DNA of 64,000 bases from positions 32,001-96,000 of the IMG/VR virus record IMGVR_UViG_3300009499_000148; one strand, given 5' to 3'. Of this stretch, positions 29,863-38,951 are shown one piece after another (position 1 is the first letter of the stretch; the number at the start of each line of letters is the position of its first letter). The notes beneath the pieces are model-generated. The model was not told the DNA's origin. It worked only from the letters and a program-made list of their open reading frames with translations, and did not search any database. The position numbers and the translations under genes are program-made. This stretch comes from a virus.

Positions 29863-29892
29863 ATTATAACATGTGATAGTTCAACTGTTCAA
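29863..29892 (-). promoter_or_regulatory. sigma70-type promoter with extended -10
   Basis: TTGAAC-18 nt-TATAAT, with TG upstream of the -10, just before the ATG at 29854. Confidence 0.55.
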
Positions 29893-30030
29893 CAACTTGC
29901 TGATATTAAAGAGGTTATGACGTTCTAGAAGAACATTTACAAATTTATCAGACTAATTTTAATCAAACTAACTTTTGCGTGGTATTTGTTGTTCAACACA
30001 CAACACAACCTGCTAGCGTTTGATTTCTTA

Positions 30031-30075
30031 TTATCAAAGGGCACGGCACCTGACGGTGCCAACAGCCCTCCCTTT
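30031..30075 (-). promoter_or_regulatory. hairpin followed by boxA-like sequence
   Basis: GGCACC-GTCA-GGTGCC hairpin then TGCCCTTTGATAA; outer AGGGC/GCCCT pairing. Confidence 0.4.
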
Positions 30076-30082
30076 TTCTATA

Positions 30083-31381
30083 TCATAGAATCTCAGCAGC
30101 AAGAGTCGCTAGCGCACTACGTTCTCCCTTAATGAGTGCGATGTGTGCAGCCATGGCATGCTCTTTAAACTTCTCAGCCGTATACGTCAATCCGTTTGAC
30201 AGTGCATCTATCTGTGGATTATCAACCTGTTCTATATCACCTGTCAGAACTATTTTTGTTCCTTCACCCACACGTGTTATGACTGTCTTGACCTCATGCG
30301 GTGTCAGGTTCTGTCCCTCATCAATGATGATGTATGCATTTGGAATAGACCTACCCCTGATGTACGTTATTGCCTCAACCTCTATGATACCTTGGTCGAA
30401 ATACATCTGCACCATATCACGCTTTCTAGAACCAAAAAGGAATTCAAGATTGTCCATGATGGGCTGTATCCACGGTTCCATCTTCTCTTCTTTTGTGCCC
30501 GGCAAATAACCGATATCACGTCCCATTGGTTGTATCGGCCTAGATACGATGAGCTTACTGAACTTTTTCTCTTCTATGACCTGTTTAATGCCTGCAGCAA
30601 GAGCTAAAATCGTCTTACCACAACCAGCAGCACCAATCATAGTCGTCAGCTTAACGTTGTCATCGAATAGAGCATCAAGCGCAAATCTCTGCTCTTTGTT
30701 TCTCGGCTTCAACCCCCAGACGTCATCAACGTTTATGATTGGTTTAAGCGTTCCATCTACACACTTTGAAAGACCAGACGTTGAGTGTCCGTTCTTGATT
30801 ACGACGTATTCGTTTGGAAATAGGTCTTCATCGATGTTAAGCTTATCAACATCAAGCCCCTTGCTTCGATAAAACTCATCAAGGTTAGCCTTCGTCGTAT
30901 TAACGACACGAACGCCTCCGTAGATGAGGTCGCTCTTTCCAATGTGATGTTTTAGATAATCTTCACATTTCACGCCGAGCGCATCACATTTGATACGCAT
31001 GCTGATATCCTTCGTTATCAGCCTAACGGGCTCACCAAGCTCTTTTTGAAGCTCCAGCACTGCTGAGATGATGAAATTATCAGCCCTGTTCTTATCAAAC
31101 TCTTGAGGGATGTCAGCGCTGAGCGTGCTTCTAATGATGCGAAGCGTTCCTCCACCTGGGAGCTTCACACCCTTCATCAGGTCTCCGGTGTGTCGAAGCT
31201 CATCTAGCACCCTGTTCGTGATGCGTGCATTTTTTCCTGCATCATCGAACCTATGCTCTTTGAGCTTATCAAGCTCTTCTAAGACTATGATTGGAATGAC
31301 AACGTCGTTGTCCTCGAATGAATACACGGCACGAGGGTCGTATATGAAAACGTTCGTGTCGATGCAAAATGTCTTTTTCAT
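30083..31381 (-). CDS. phoH: PIN-PhoH (PhoH2/YlaK-type) ATPase
   Basis: IDTNVF PIN domain, GAAGCGKT, GYLPG, IRGRS, DEGQN, TRVGEG, GDIEQ. Confidence 0.93.
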   Translation of the reverse strand: MKKTFCIDTNVFIYDPRAVYSFEDNDVVIPIIVLEELDKLKEHRFDDAGKNARITNRVLDELRHTGDLMKGVKLPGGGTLRIIRSTLSADIPQEFDKNRADNFIISAVLELQKELGEPVRLITKDISMRIKCDALGVKCEDYLKHHIGKSDLIYGGVRVVNTTKANLDEFYRSKGLDVDKLNIDEDLFPNEYVVIKNGHSTSGLSKCVDGTLKPIINVDDVWGLKPRNKEQRFALDALFDDNVKLTTMIGAAGCGKTILALAAGIKQVIEEKKFSKLIVSRPIQPMGRDIGYLPGTKEEKMEPWIQPIMDNLEFLFGSRKRDMVQMYFDQGIIEVEAITYIRGRSIPNAYIIIDEGQNLTPHEVKTVITRVGEGTKIVLTGDIEQVDNPQIDALSNGLTYTAEKFKEHAMAAHIALIKGERSALATLAAEIL

Positions 31382-31442
31382 TCAATCTCCACCTGTGCAA
31401 CATCTGAACGTGCACAGCAGTATGCATTACCATCATCTTTAG

Positions 31443-31706
31443 ATGAATAATGACGATGTTCCTGTCCCAGGAGACACATGCTTCTCAGCACATGCTCGAT
31501 TTCGAGTCGAATGTCCGCGTGCAACATGCAACTACTGGATTGAAAACCCAGAGACGCAGAACTGTTCATTGCTAGCTGCCCAACATGGTGGTATGACTCT
31601 TGAAGCAATCGGAAGCTTCTTCGGTCTGACGAGAATGCGAGTCTGTCAGATTGAGAAGAACATCTATCAAAAGATTATGACCCAGCTTGAGGAACATCAG
31701 TCTTAG
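31443..31706 (+). CDS. stand-alone sigma-70 region 4 HTH with Cys-rich N-terminus
   Basis: MTLEAIGSFFGLTRMRVCQIEK; C...C...CNYWI...NC. Confidence 0.75.
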   Translation: MNNDDVPVPGDTCFSAHARFRVECPRATCNYWIENPETQNCSLLAAQHGGMTLEAIGSFFGLTRMRVCQIEKNIYQKIMTQLEEHQS

Positions 31707-32142
31707 GCTCTTGTTTCTTTTTCTGAAACTTTCCTGACTGTTTCTTTTCAGCCTTCTGCTCTTGTGGCTGTTGAACATCAACACTTTCTGTCGTATCAAC
31801 GCTCAACCCAAGCACTTTTGACTGCTCTTGCTCAATCTTAGCATCAGCTGGTGTAGCAACATGTTTTGGTTGTTCAACCTCATGCTTCACATCATTCTGC
31901 TCCACGCTGCTTACGACGACCTCTGTCTCTACGACTTGTTCGACAACAACATGTGTGTGCTTAACAGATGTAATGATGTCAGGAGTTGCTTCAGGCTTGG
32001 GTGCCTGAGCAACAACCTGAACGTTGGCGTCAATGACATGAACATCGTTTTGGATGAATTCACCCTTGTGCGTTGTCGAATAAGACTTGGTGTGGTCCAA
32101 CCCCTTCACTTCAATGTCATGTCGAATGTGTCTTCGTGCCAT
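31675..32142 (-). CDS. hypothetical low-complexity protein
   Basis: E/Q/V/K-rich ORF. Confidence 0.5.
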   Translation of the reverse strand: MARRHIRHDIEVKGLDHTKSYSTTHKGEFIQNDVHVIDANVQVVAQAPKPEATPDIITSVKHTHVVVEQVVETEVVVSSVEQNDVKHEVEQPKHVATPADAKIEQEQSKVLGLSVDTTESVDVQQPQEQKAEKKQSGKFQKKKQEPKTDVPQAGS

Positions 32143-32158
32143 ATGAACTAACTATACA

Positions 32159-32840
32159 TCACCAGAGCACTTCAAGCTCTCCTTTCATGACACGAGCTAA
32201 AGTTGCTTTCTTTCCTGTGATATGGTCATTCACAACATCATCTCGTTCTCTGTAAGTCCGACGCTTATCGCCGCGGGCTCCACAACCCACCATTTGTTTT
32301 CTATCAGAACTTAACTGTTGTGAAAATGATGTATCATGAATTTCTTTAAGACGTCTTTCAAGCTCATTCCATGCATTTGCTCTATTTTGTGCTTGTGAAC
32401 GCTCGTTTTCAGATCTAACTTGTATTCCAGTCGGACGGTGTGTTAATCTACATGCAGTTGATGTTTTATTTCTGTTTTGGCCGCCCTTACCGCTTCCTCT
32501 CATAAAAGCTTCATCAACATCACTTGGATTAAGTTTAAATGTGCTTTTCGCACCGTCTTTAATAACAGCAACCGTGACAGTTGATGTTTGCACTCTATCT
32601 CTCTTTTCAGTCGGCGGAATTCTTTGCCATCTATGGCCGCCTGTTTCATTCTGAAATGATGCATATGCACCATCGCCCTTCACTTTAAGAATGATTTGCC
32701 CATCATGCTCAAGTCTTTCAATGACGCTAAAGACGCCTCCGAGAACAAAACTTTTCATACATCGCTGCCATATCCTGCGCTAATAATTTTGCATCTTGGC
32801 CGCCTTCTGCCGCCCTAATTTCAACCGCTATGATATCCAT
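32159..32840 (-). CDS. prfA: RF1-type peptide chain release factor lacking domain 1, expressed via +1 programmed frameshift (226 aa)
   Basis: ORF0 32840..32730 MDIIAVEIRAAEGGQDAKLLAQDMAAMYEKFCSRRRL joins the +1 frame SVIERL...ETGGHRWQRIPPTEKRDRVQTS (PxT)...GSGKGGQNRNKT; SD GGGAG before ATG 32840. Confidence 0.88.
32726..32740 (-). promoter_or_regulatory. prfB-like +1 frameshift cassette with amber stop
   Basis: GGAGG-CGT-CTT-TAG-C: internal SD, 3-nt spacer, CUU-U slippery site, stop, then C. Confidence 0.85.
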
Positions 32841-32970
32841 GTTATCTCCCTGTGTCAATGGAACATGTCCCATTGACTCGTCGTATCACTCTAATGCATT
32901 GATTATCTGTAGATGATAATCACATAGTCATAAAAATCGATGACTTGGAGTGTGTCAGGTGAAACAGAAG

Positions 32971-33066
32971 CTAAAATACGGGTGGGTCTTCATCTGAAGA
33001 TGAGAGCGCAATATTCTTTGCATTAACTTGCTTATCTTGTTCAAGTTCATCATACGCTTTCATCAT
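32971..33066 (-). CDS. putative leader peptide (31 aa) ending in UAG
   Basis: MMKAYDELEQDKQVNAKNIALSSSDEDPPVF-TAG, followed by a structured spacer that can pair with the release-factor SD. Confidence 0.5.
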   Translation of the reverse strand: MMKAYDELEQDKQVNAKNIALSSSDEDPPVF

Positions 33067-33115
33067 TAATACAATTTAAGTATAAAGTACGGTAAATAAC
33101 ACTACTGAAAAAAAA

Positions 33116-33407
33116 TGGAGCTGCCGGCGTTTGCAAGCCGGGTCCAAAAGACTTAGAAGCGATGTTCATTCACAGGTTTGGTGGGCTAAGCCCACGTTCC
33201 GTTGAAACAGATATGTGTCATAGCATTAACCCAAGCTAGACGGGTCTTTGCTTCGTTTATCGGGTGTGCAAAGAGACCCGATGAATCACGCCGCGAGGCG
33301 TAGTTCAGATTCGAAATCGTTGCCGATTATCAATGTTGTCTTCTTAAGGGAAAAGACGGCCCACCTGCACATCGTATCATCATCCTCTGTCGAAACTTAT
33401 CAGCCCC
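33116..33407 (-). ncRNA. ssrA: tmRNA
   Basis: 5' GGGGCTG...TTCGAC; 3' GAC-CCGGC/GCCGG T arm and CAGCTCCA with G3-U70; tag frame GNDFESELRLAA-TGA at 33324..33286. Confidence 0.92.
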
Positions 33408-33413
33408 AAAGAA

Positions 33414-33623
33414 TTACTCTGTCGCGGCGGCCTTCTTGGCCTCTGACACCGTCAACTGCACAAGGTCATGGGCCTCCTTCTTTAGGACTCGAAGGCCCTT
33501 GCGAGCTCTGACTCCGGCTGACGAATTACCCTTAGCGTTCTTCAGGACGTCATCCTCAATCGAAGCCACAAGGACCTTGAGTCGTTCCCACTGTTCAACA
33601 ATCACTGCATTAGGTTCCTTCAT
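33414..33623 (-). CDS. histone H1-like Hc1 family protein
   Basis: KNAKGNSSAGVRARKGL; SD GGAGG before ATG 33623. Confidence 0.75.
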   Translation of the reverse strand: MKEPNAVIVEQWERLKVLVASIEDDVLKNAKGNSSAGVRARKGLRVLKKEAHDLVQLTVSEAKKAAATE

Positions 33624-33789
33624 TTTTGCCTCCTGCGTTCTTCTGACGCTTTTCACTATACACCCATGAGCGTGGGTTGTAATGTCTCGTTTTTTAAGCT
33701 CATCTTTTGTTTCATCACTGCGTCTCCATGACGGCCATCTCGACACACATTTAGTTGCAGATGAAAGAACGCTTAAAAACAACTTTTGT

Positions 33790-34758
33790 TCATTTTTTTG
33801 TCTCATATTTCAACTTGTTCATGCTTTCTTTTAGTTCATCACTGATTTTATTAAAGCTTTCTTTTGAAAAATCAGTGATTCTCATCAATGAAAAACCCAA
33901 CTTCTGTGCTAGCTCTGTTTTAAGCTTATCATTCAAAGCGATGCCCATTACTTTTGAGATATGCTTAGCACTAAATTTTTTATCAATGCAATGCTGAACA
34001 TCATGCCAACACTTACCGTCGATTTCAATCAACAAATTAAGTTGTGGAATATAGAAATCGTATAATTTCCATGCTTTACGTCCTGATTGTTTTGTGTATG
34101 CAATCCTATACTGTGCTACGTAATTTATACGTTCATTTAATAATTGTTGTTCAAACATAAATTCTGGAAACGATTTAGCTTTCTTTCGATATAGAGAAAG
34201 CTCTGATTCTGACATGATTTTATTGTCTAAAATCTGCTTAATGACCTTTTCTTTACTTAAAGAAACGATTGATACTATCGTGGGAATTGATGCTTTTTTT
34301 GTTAAAAGTTCGTTTATTTTTAAGACAGTAAGTCTGTCTACTTTAATGAAACGTCCGTTGTTCGGGCCTGCCGTATTACCGAAGTTATTTTCTGGCTTAT
34401 ACGATTTGTTCTTTGCACGTGTTATAAGCATGTTTTTTATGCTTGTTGGATTGAGCATTGGGCTTTTCCAATCTGGATTGTTGGCCCTCCATGTCTCAAC
34501 TTGACGTTTTTTTCTATCATTTTGGTTAACAAGCAACGAACAAATTTTTCCTCTTGTTTCTTTTAACACGTGCTCATCAACACAGTTTTTGAGTATTCGA
34601 CGTATGATACCTCGATTCGTATTATAGCGTTTCGCAATATCATCCATTTTCATTAGATGATTAACGTATAAATCAACGATAACACATACATCATCATCTG
34701 TTAATGTAGATGTAGTCTTACGAAAAAAACGTTTACTGAATATTTCTGTTAGCTTCAT
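33790..34758 (-). CDS. free-standing endonuclease: HTH plus Vsr/DUF559-type nuclease
   Basis: SFPE, QY, YDFY, IEIDGKCWH, ND..K..LA..LGF.LMRI; AT-rich. Confidence 0.8.
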   Translation of the reverse strand: MKLTEIFSKRFFRKTTSTLTDDDVCVIVDLYVNHLMKMDDIAKRYNTNRGIIRRILKNCVDEHVLKETRGKICSLLVNQNDRKKRQVETWRANNPDWKSPMLNPTSIKNMLITRAKNKSYKPENNFGNTAGPNNGRFIKVDRLTVLKINELLTKKASIPTIVSIVSLSKEKVIKQILDNKIMSESELSLYRKKAKSFPEFMFEQQLLNERINYVAQYRIAYTKQSGRKAWKLYDFYIPQLNLLIEIDGKCWHDVQHCIDKKFSAKHISKVMGIALNDKLKTELAQKLGFSLMRITDFSKESFNKISDELKESMNKLKYETKK

Positions 34759-36398
34759 GCTTTCTTTAGTGCTTTTTTGAATGACTCTGGAAACATATTT
34801 TCATGCTGTTGATAGAACTTTTCCCAATTGCTATCCAAAATGTATGTGATTGCGTGGTCTGTTTCATTTCTAATGCTTCTACCAACAGACTGTATGATTG
34901 TTTTTGCAGTCTGATACGGATACCACAGTCTATTTTTTGTCATACGCTTTTTTGTGAGAGGGTCCCCGAGGTATGGAAACGGTATCTTACACAGGATTTG
35001 GAATCGGCTCAGCTCATCCTTGAGGTCAATTCCCTCTGACAGGGATGGTGATAGAAGAATCGTCGGTTTCGATGACGCCGCGTGTTTCGCAATCATTTCT
35101 TCACGATTGAAGCTATCATGCATCAGCAAACGGCTGCTTTTCACGTTTCTCTTGATGTAGCTTGCGATTTTATACGACTGACAGTGGATGATTCCCTTGT
35201 CTCCCTTGTGTTGCTCCATGATTAGCTTCACCATTTCTGCAAGCTTCGGGAGTGTCTGGTCAATCGTCGACTGTGCCATTGCACCTACTGGCGCGTAGTA
35301 AATCGGTCTATTCTCAATCGGAAACGGTGAGTCTATCGACAAAAAATCGACCTCATCTTGTCTGAGGCCGAGCGTGGCACAGAACACGTCCTTATCAACG
35401 ATTGTCGCTGACATCATCAGTACGCGTCTGCCGTACGATAACAGTAGGTCATTCGTGTATGGGCTGACATCGACTGGTTTGAACTCAAGCTTCTTGAGAC
35501 CCTTCTCTTCGCTTTCAACGATGCTCATCACCCAATTGTCATCAGACCACATCTCCATGAACCGATGCATCTTACAGATGTGCTTATCAAGTAGCTCAAT
35601 CTTAGATGATATCATCTCAAAGTCCTTGAGCTTATCCTTCATATTCAACTTCAAAATCATCAACTGTGCCTGCTCTAGATGAGCAACTGCTGCTGGGATG
35701 TAGGTCGTCCTCAGCCACTCAATCATCTTCGTCGGATTCGATGTTGATGGCCATTTCAGCTTAAGCGTATCCTTCGCGAATTTCTCTGAGACAGACGTTT
35801 CAACGAACTTGCTCAGCTCTGATTCAAGGTTATGGCATTCATCTAGCACAAGTAGCTCTCGTGGCTTAAGCTTTCCTCCGTATTTCGTCTCAGCCATGAA
35901 GTATGAATAGTTTGTCGTCCCTTCCTCTGAATCAATAAACAACTTCTTCTGACGCTTGTAGCAACAGTCTGTCGTGCATTTGCGCCAAAATGCGCTTCCC
36001 TGCGTCTCGTTCTTCACAAGTCGTTGGCTTTCACCACATGTGTTTCCAGTGTAAAATTCACATTTGTAGTTGCTCGCCGACTTGATTGACTGAAGCTCAC
36101 CATTCGGTGGCCCAAAATCATGTACGTACTGTTCTTGTAAGACTTTTTGTGTCGTTAAGACGTAGGTACCGGGCACGTAATCATCATTTGGAATGCGAAT
36201 TGAGTTCAAATATCTACCGACAGTTAAGCCAATGGCAGACTTTCCTGTTCCTGTCCCGAGCTCTGCTATTACATAACGTTTGTTGCTTTTAAGAAATGAT
36301 GAAAGAATAAAGTTGATTGCTTTTTCTTGTGTATCTCTGGTAATTGAAAAAGGAAAAAAACGCTTCCATTGATAATCTGTATTCATTTTATTATTCAT
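34755..36398 (-). CDS. DinG/XPD family helicase
   Basis: GTGTGKS, Fe-S cysteines, DECH, EGID, QSVGRSIR. Confidence 0.92.
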   Translation of the reverse strand: MNNKMNTDYQWKRFFPFSITRDTQEKAINFILSSFLKSNKRYVIAELGTGTGKSAIGLTVGRYLNSIRIPNDDYVPGTYVLTTQKVLQEQYVHDFGPPNGELQSIKSASNYKCEFYTGNTCGESQRLVKNETQGSAFWRKCTTDCCYKRQKKLFIDSEEGTTNYSYFMAETKYGGKLKPRELLVLDECHNLESELSKFVETSVSEKFAKDTLKLKWPSTSNPTKMIEWLRTTYIPAAVAHLEQAQLMILKLNMKDKLKDFEMISSKIELLDKHICKMHRFMEMWSDDNWVMSIVESEEKGLKKLEFKPVDVSPYTNDLLLSYGRRVLMMSATIVDKDVFCATLGLRQDEVDFLSIDSPFPIENRPIYYAPVGAMAQSTIDQTLPKLAEMVKLIMEQHKGDKGIIHCQSYKIASYIKRNVKSSRLLMHDSFNREEMIAKHAASSKPTILLSPSLSEGIDLKDELSRFQILCKIPFPYLGDPLTKKRMTKNRLWYPYQTAKTIIQSVGRSIRNETDHAITYILDSNWEKFYQQHENMFPESFKKALKKA

Positions 36399-37231
36399 TT
36401 TTTAGTAAAAGACTTTAAAGAACTTTGTATAAACACAACATCTGCATCTAGCAATGCATCTTCAAAAGACACTTTTTTGAAATCTAGCTCTGTTAAAACA
36501 GAAAATGTTATGTCTTTTGATTCAAAGAACTTTTTAGCTGCTTTCCATTTTTCGCAATCTGGAGATTGATTTTTCTTTACAACCCATGACTGTTTAATTT
36601 CATATACTGATTTAGTTTTTTCTATGTAGAAGTCTATTGTGTATGTTCTTTTTACGCCGTTCAATTCATAATTGACTTTAAAACATTCTTGCTTTATATC
36701 ATTCAATGAAAAGCCATTATTCTCTAGGTGTTTTATAAATGAATACTCTAACAAGCTTCTAAAAAAACGACCCTTATAATAACCTTTGACAGAGCGACCA
36801 CCCTTTTGATAAACTTTACCAAAAGCAGGATTCTTTTCACCTTTTGTGTTATTTGAAAATTTTAATCTAATTTCTCTAGCTTTATCAATTCCGTGGATTT
36901 CTTCTAAAGTTTTTCCACGAAGCGACTTATTGTAATTAACTCGAACAGCTCTAGCAACTTCTTTTTGATGAGTCATATCAGCTGCTAAGATTGCTTTACT
37001 TAAAGTTTGTTTATATTCAGACATTTTTACGTCTGCATATTCTTTACCATGTTTTTCTAAAACATATTCATACCATGGTTTATGCGGGTTGAAACCAATT
37101 TTTCTAATACCTTTTGCATGTTGCCATGCATTAGAACATGATTTATTACAAAATCTTCTTTTATCACAACGCCGAAGACGTCGTTCTTTACCACAAAACT
37201 CACAATTAATTATTTTCCAAAATTTACTCAT
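36395..37231 (-). CDS. free-standing endonuclease: Zn finger plus TnsA-like PD-(D/E)XK domain
   Basis: FCNKSC, RSLLE, YTIDFY, YEIK, LTE; AT-rich. Confidence 0.78.
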   Translation of the reverse strand: MSKFWKIINCEFCGKERRLRRCDKRRFCNKSCSNAWQHAKGIRKIGFNPHKPWYEYVLEKHGKEYADVKMSEYKQTLSKAILAADMTHQKEVARAVRVNYNKSLRGKTLEEIHGIDKAREIRLKFSNNTKGEKNPAFGKVYQKGGRSVKGYYKGRFFRSLLEYSFIKHLENNGFSLNDIKQECFKVNYELNGVKRTYTIDFYIEKTKSVYEIKQSWVVKKNQSPDCEKWKAAKKFFESKDITFSVLTELDFKKVSFEDALLDADVVFIQSSLKSFTKK

Positions 37232-37275
37232 GTTATTAAATATGAGTAAGGAACTGATTGTGGTTCTTATGTTCT

Positions 37276-37884
37276 TTAAATTATTGAGTCAATCGCACCG
37301 AGCTTCTTTGCCTCTTCGGCAGAGATGTACCTATCACGCGTCGGTCCGTCGCGGTCATATAACTTTCTAACATTCTCAAGCGTTAGGCCAGTCTCAGCAG
37401 CAAAACATGAATCATATTTGTCTTCCTGCTGTTCAAATGCCTGAAGTGATGCGCGCATCTCAAAGATGTTTCCGTGGATGTGGTCCCATCCACAGTGGTA
37501 CATCATCTGTGCATTTTTCCCCATCTTTCTTTCACCCTTCTTTCCAGCAGCAAGAAGAAGACAACCGGCAGACATTATCTTGCCAAGCCCGACAGTGTGA
37601 ATTGGTGTTGAGACGTATTTCATCAAATCATACAGCATGAATGTGTCATACACGTCGCCACCGTATGTATTAATAATCATTGTGATTGGAGACTTTGCAT
37701 CACGTTCTGATAGAGCAATCAACTTCTCTGTCGTTGAACGTATCATCTCTTCATCGATATCACCGACGAGGTAAATCGTTCTACTATCCTCACCACCCTC
37801 TACAACTTGTTCAGCATCGAATTGCTCAAACTCACGCTTTCGTTGCCTCGTCTGTTGCTTTCTGTTCTTCATAGTAAGTTTCAA
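37276..37884 (-). CDS. clpP: ATP-dependent Clp protease proteolytic subunit
   Basis: INTYGG, IMSAG (Ser), MMYH (His), RDRYISAEEA (Asp). Confidence 0.9.
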   Translation of the reverse strand: MKLTMKNRKQQTRQRKREFEQFDAEQVVEGGEDSRTIYLVGDIDEEMIRSTTEKLIALSERDAKSPITMIINTYGGDVYDTFMLYDLMKYVSTPIHTVGLGKIMSAGCLLLAAGKKGERKMGKNAQMMYHCGWDHIHGNIFEMRASLQAFEQQEDKYDSCFAAETGLTLENVRKLYDRDGPTRDRYISAEEAKKLGAIDSII

Positions 37885-38120
37885 ACCTCAGTGATAAGAG
37901 TGCTTCGTTGTTGGCCAGACTCTAGACGCTCAATCAATGACGTGATGTCTTGAAGATAATCTCGATTCTCAAGCTCTAATGCTAACAAAAAGATGATTTT
38001 AAGCTTTTCCTTTTCAGAGACGCCGAAATCAATCAGTGTTCTAACGATTTGCCTGCATTTAACATTATGCTCTGCGCTATCTTCTTCTGTCGTTGTGCCG
38101 TAATGTTTTACATCAGACAT
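37881..38120 (-). CDS. hypothetical protein
   Basis: Stop overlaps the clpP start. Confidence 0.55.
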   Translation of the reverse strand: MSDVKHYGTTTEEDSAEHNVKCRQIVRTLIDFGVSEKEKLKIIFLLALELENRDYLQDITSLIERLESGQQRSTLITEV

Positions 38121-38153
38121 GTAGCAATCATATCATCCATCGATGACATTGTT

Positions 38154-38627
38154 TCAATGTTGTGGAAAGACAAATGAGTTGCTAAACGGCTCTATACGGA
38201 TGCTGTTTGGGCCATCAACACGTAGGCATTTTCCACTAACAACGCCAGACACATCCTCAGATGAAAGGATGATTGTAGTGTCCCATGCTTTATTTGCGAT
38301 GACCCATGCGACACACTCCCAGATTGATACATCTGCACTGTATGATTCTAAAACAGAGATGATGTTTGAGGGTAGTGATACCTTTATATCATTTATTGAA
38401 ATGATTGATGCATTGTTTTCAAGGCCGCTCAGAATCTCTGAATGACCGATGTCAATGACACGATGTACAACACCACAGTTATTGCATTGCGCAAACTTTG
38501 AAATGACATTGTCATTTTCATCAATCTCAGAAAACACAATGAACCGATGATAGACGATGTCTTTTCTATCACGAAACTGAGGAAGTGTGCAATGACACTC
38601 TACAAGATGTCGTATGCATGACTTCAC
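38154..38627 (-). CDS. hypothetical protein with CHC and CNNC motifs
   Basis: Probable zinc ribbon. Confidence 0.6.
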   Translation of the reverse strand: MKSCIRHLVECHCTLPQFRDRKDIVYHRFIVFSEIDENDNVISKFAQCNNCGVVHRVIDIGHSEILSGLENNASIISINDIKVSLPSNIISVLESYSADVSIWECVAWVIANKAWDTTIILSSEDVSGVVSGKCLRVDGPNSIRIEPFSNSFVFPQH

Positions 38628-38911
38628 TTCTTTTCAGTGATTCGACCTTCTTTGATTGCAACGCGTAATGTTTCACTGACCTGCTTTGAGCTTTGGATGA
38701 ATGCATCATCGATTGACTTACTGATGATGAAATCGAGGCCCGATAGCTTACTTTCATCAATCGAAATCTGTTTATTTCTGATTGCATTCGTTAGATTCTT
38801 TGAAACAAGCGCTTTCGCATGTTTAAACATCAGTTGCACGGCTACATTAACATCTCGTTCAATGCTCATGCTATATCTTAAACGTTTGAGCACTCCTGTA
38901 TAATAAGACAT
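38624..38911 (-). CDS. hypothetical protein
   Basis: Stop overlaps the next start. Confidence 0.5.
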   Translation of the reverse strand: MSYYTGVLKRLRYSMSIERDVNVAVQLMFKHAKALVSKNLTNAIRNKQISIDESKLSGLDFIISKSIDDAFIQSSKQVSETLRVAIKEGRITEKK

Positions 38912-38951
38912 GCAACGATGTTGCTACTTATCACAATCCGGGGACAGAGCA

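Noticed and set aside
30031-30075. SRP RNA or a classic intrinsic terminator
   Set aside because: Lacks the SRP GGAA loop and internal-loop consensus; only a short T run follows
32159-32758. ORF-track start MKSFVLGG for the release factor, or a pseudogene call
   Set aside because: The conserved N-terminal segment with its own SD lies in another frame and is joined by a complete prfB-like cassette
32891-32899. Mini ORF ATG-CAT-TAG upstream of the release factor
   Set aside because: No SD, it lies within the folded spacer, and it is too short to distinguish from chance
12819-37231. Endonuclease genes as group I intron ORFs
   Set aside because: The flanking genes look complete and overlap the nuclease ORFs directly, leaving no room for ribozyme cores
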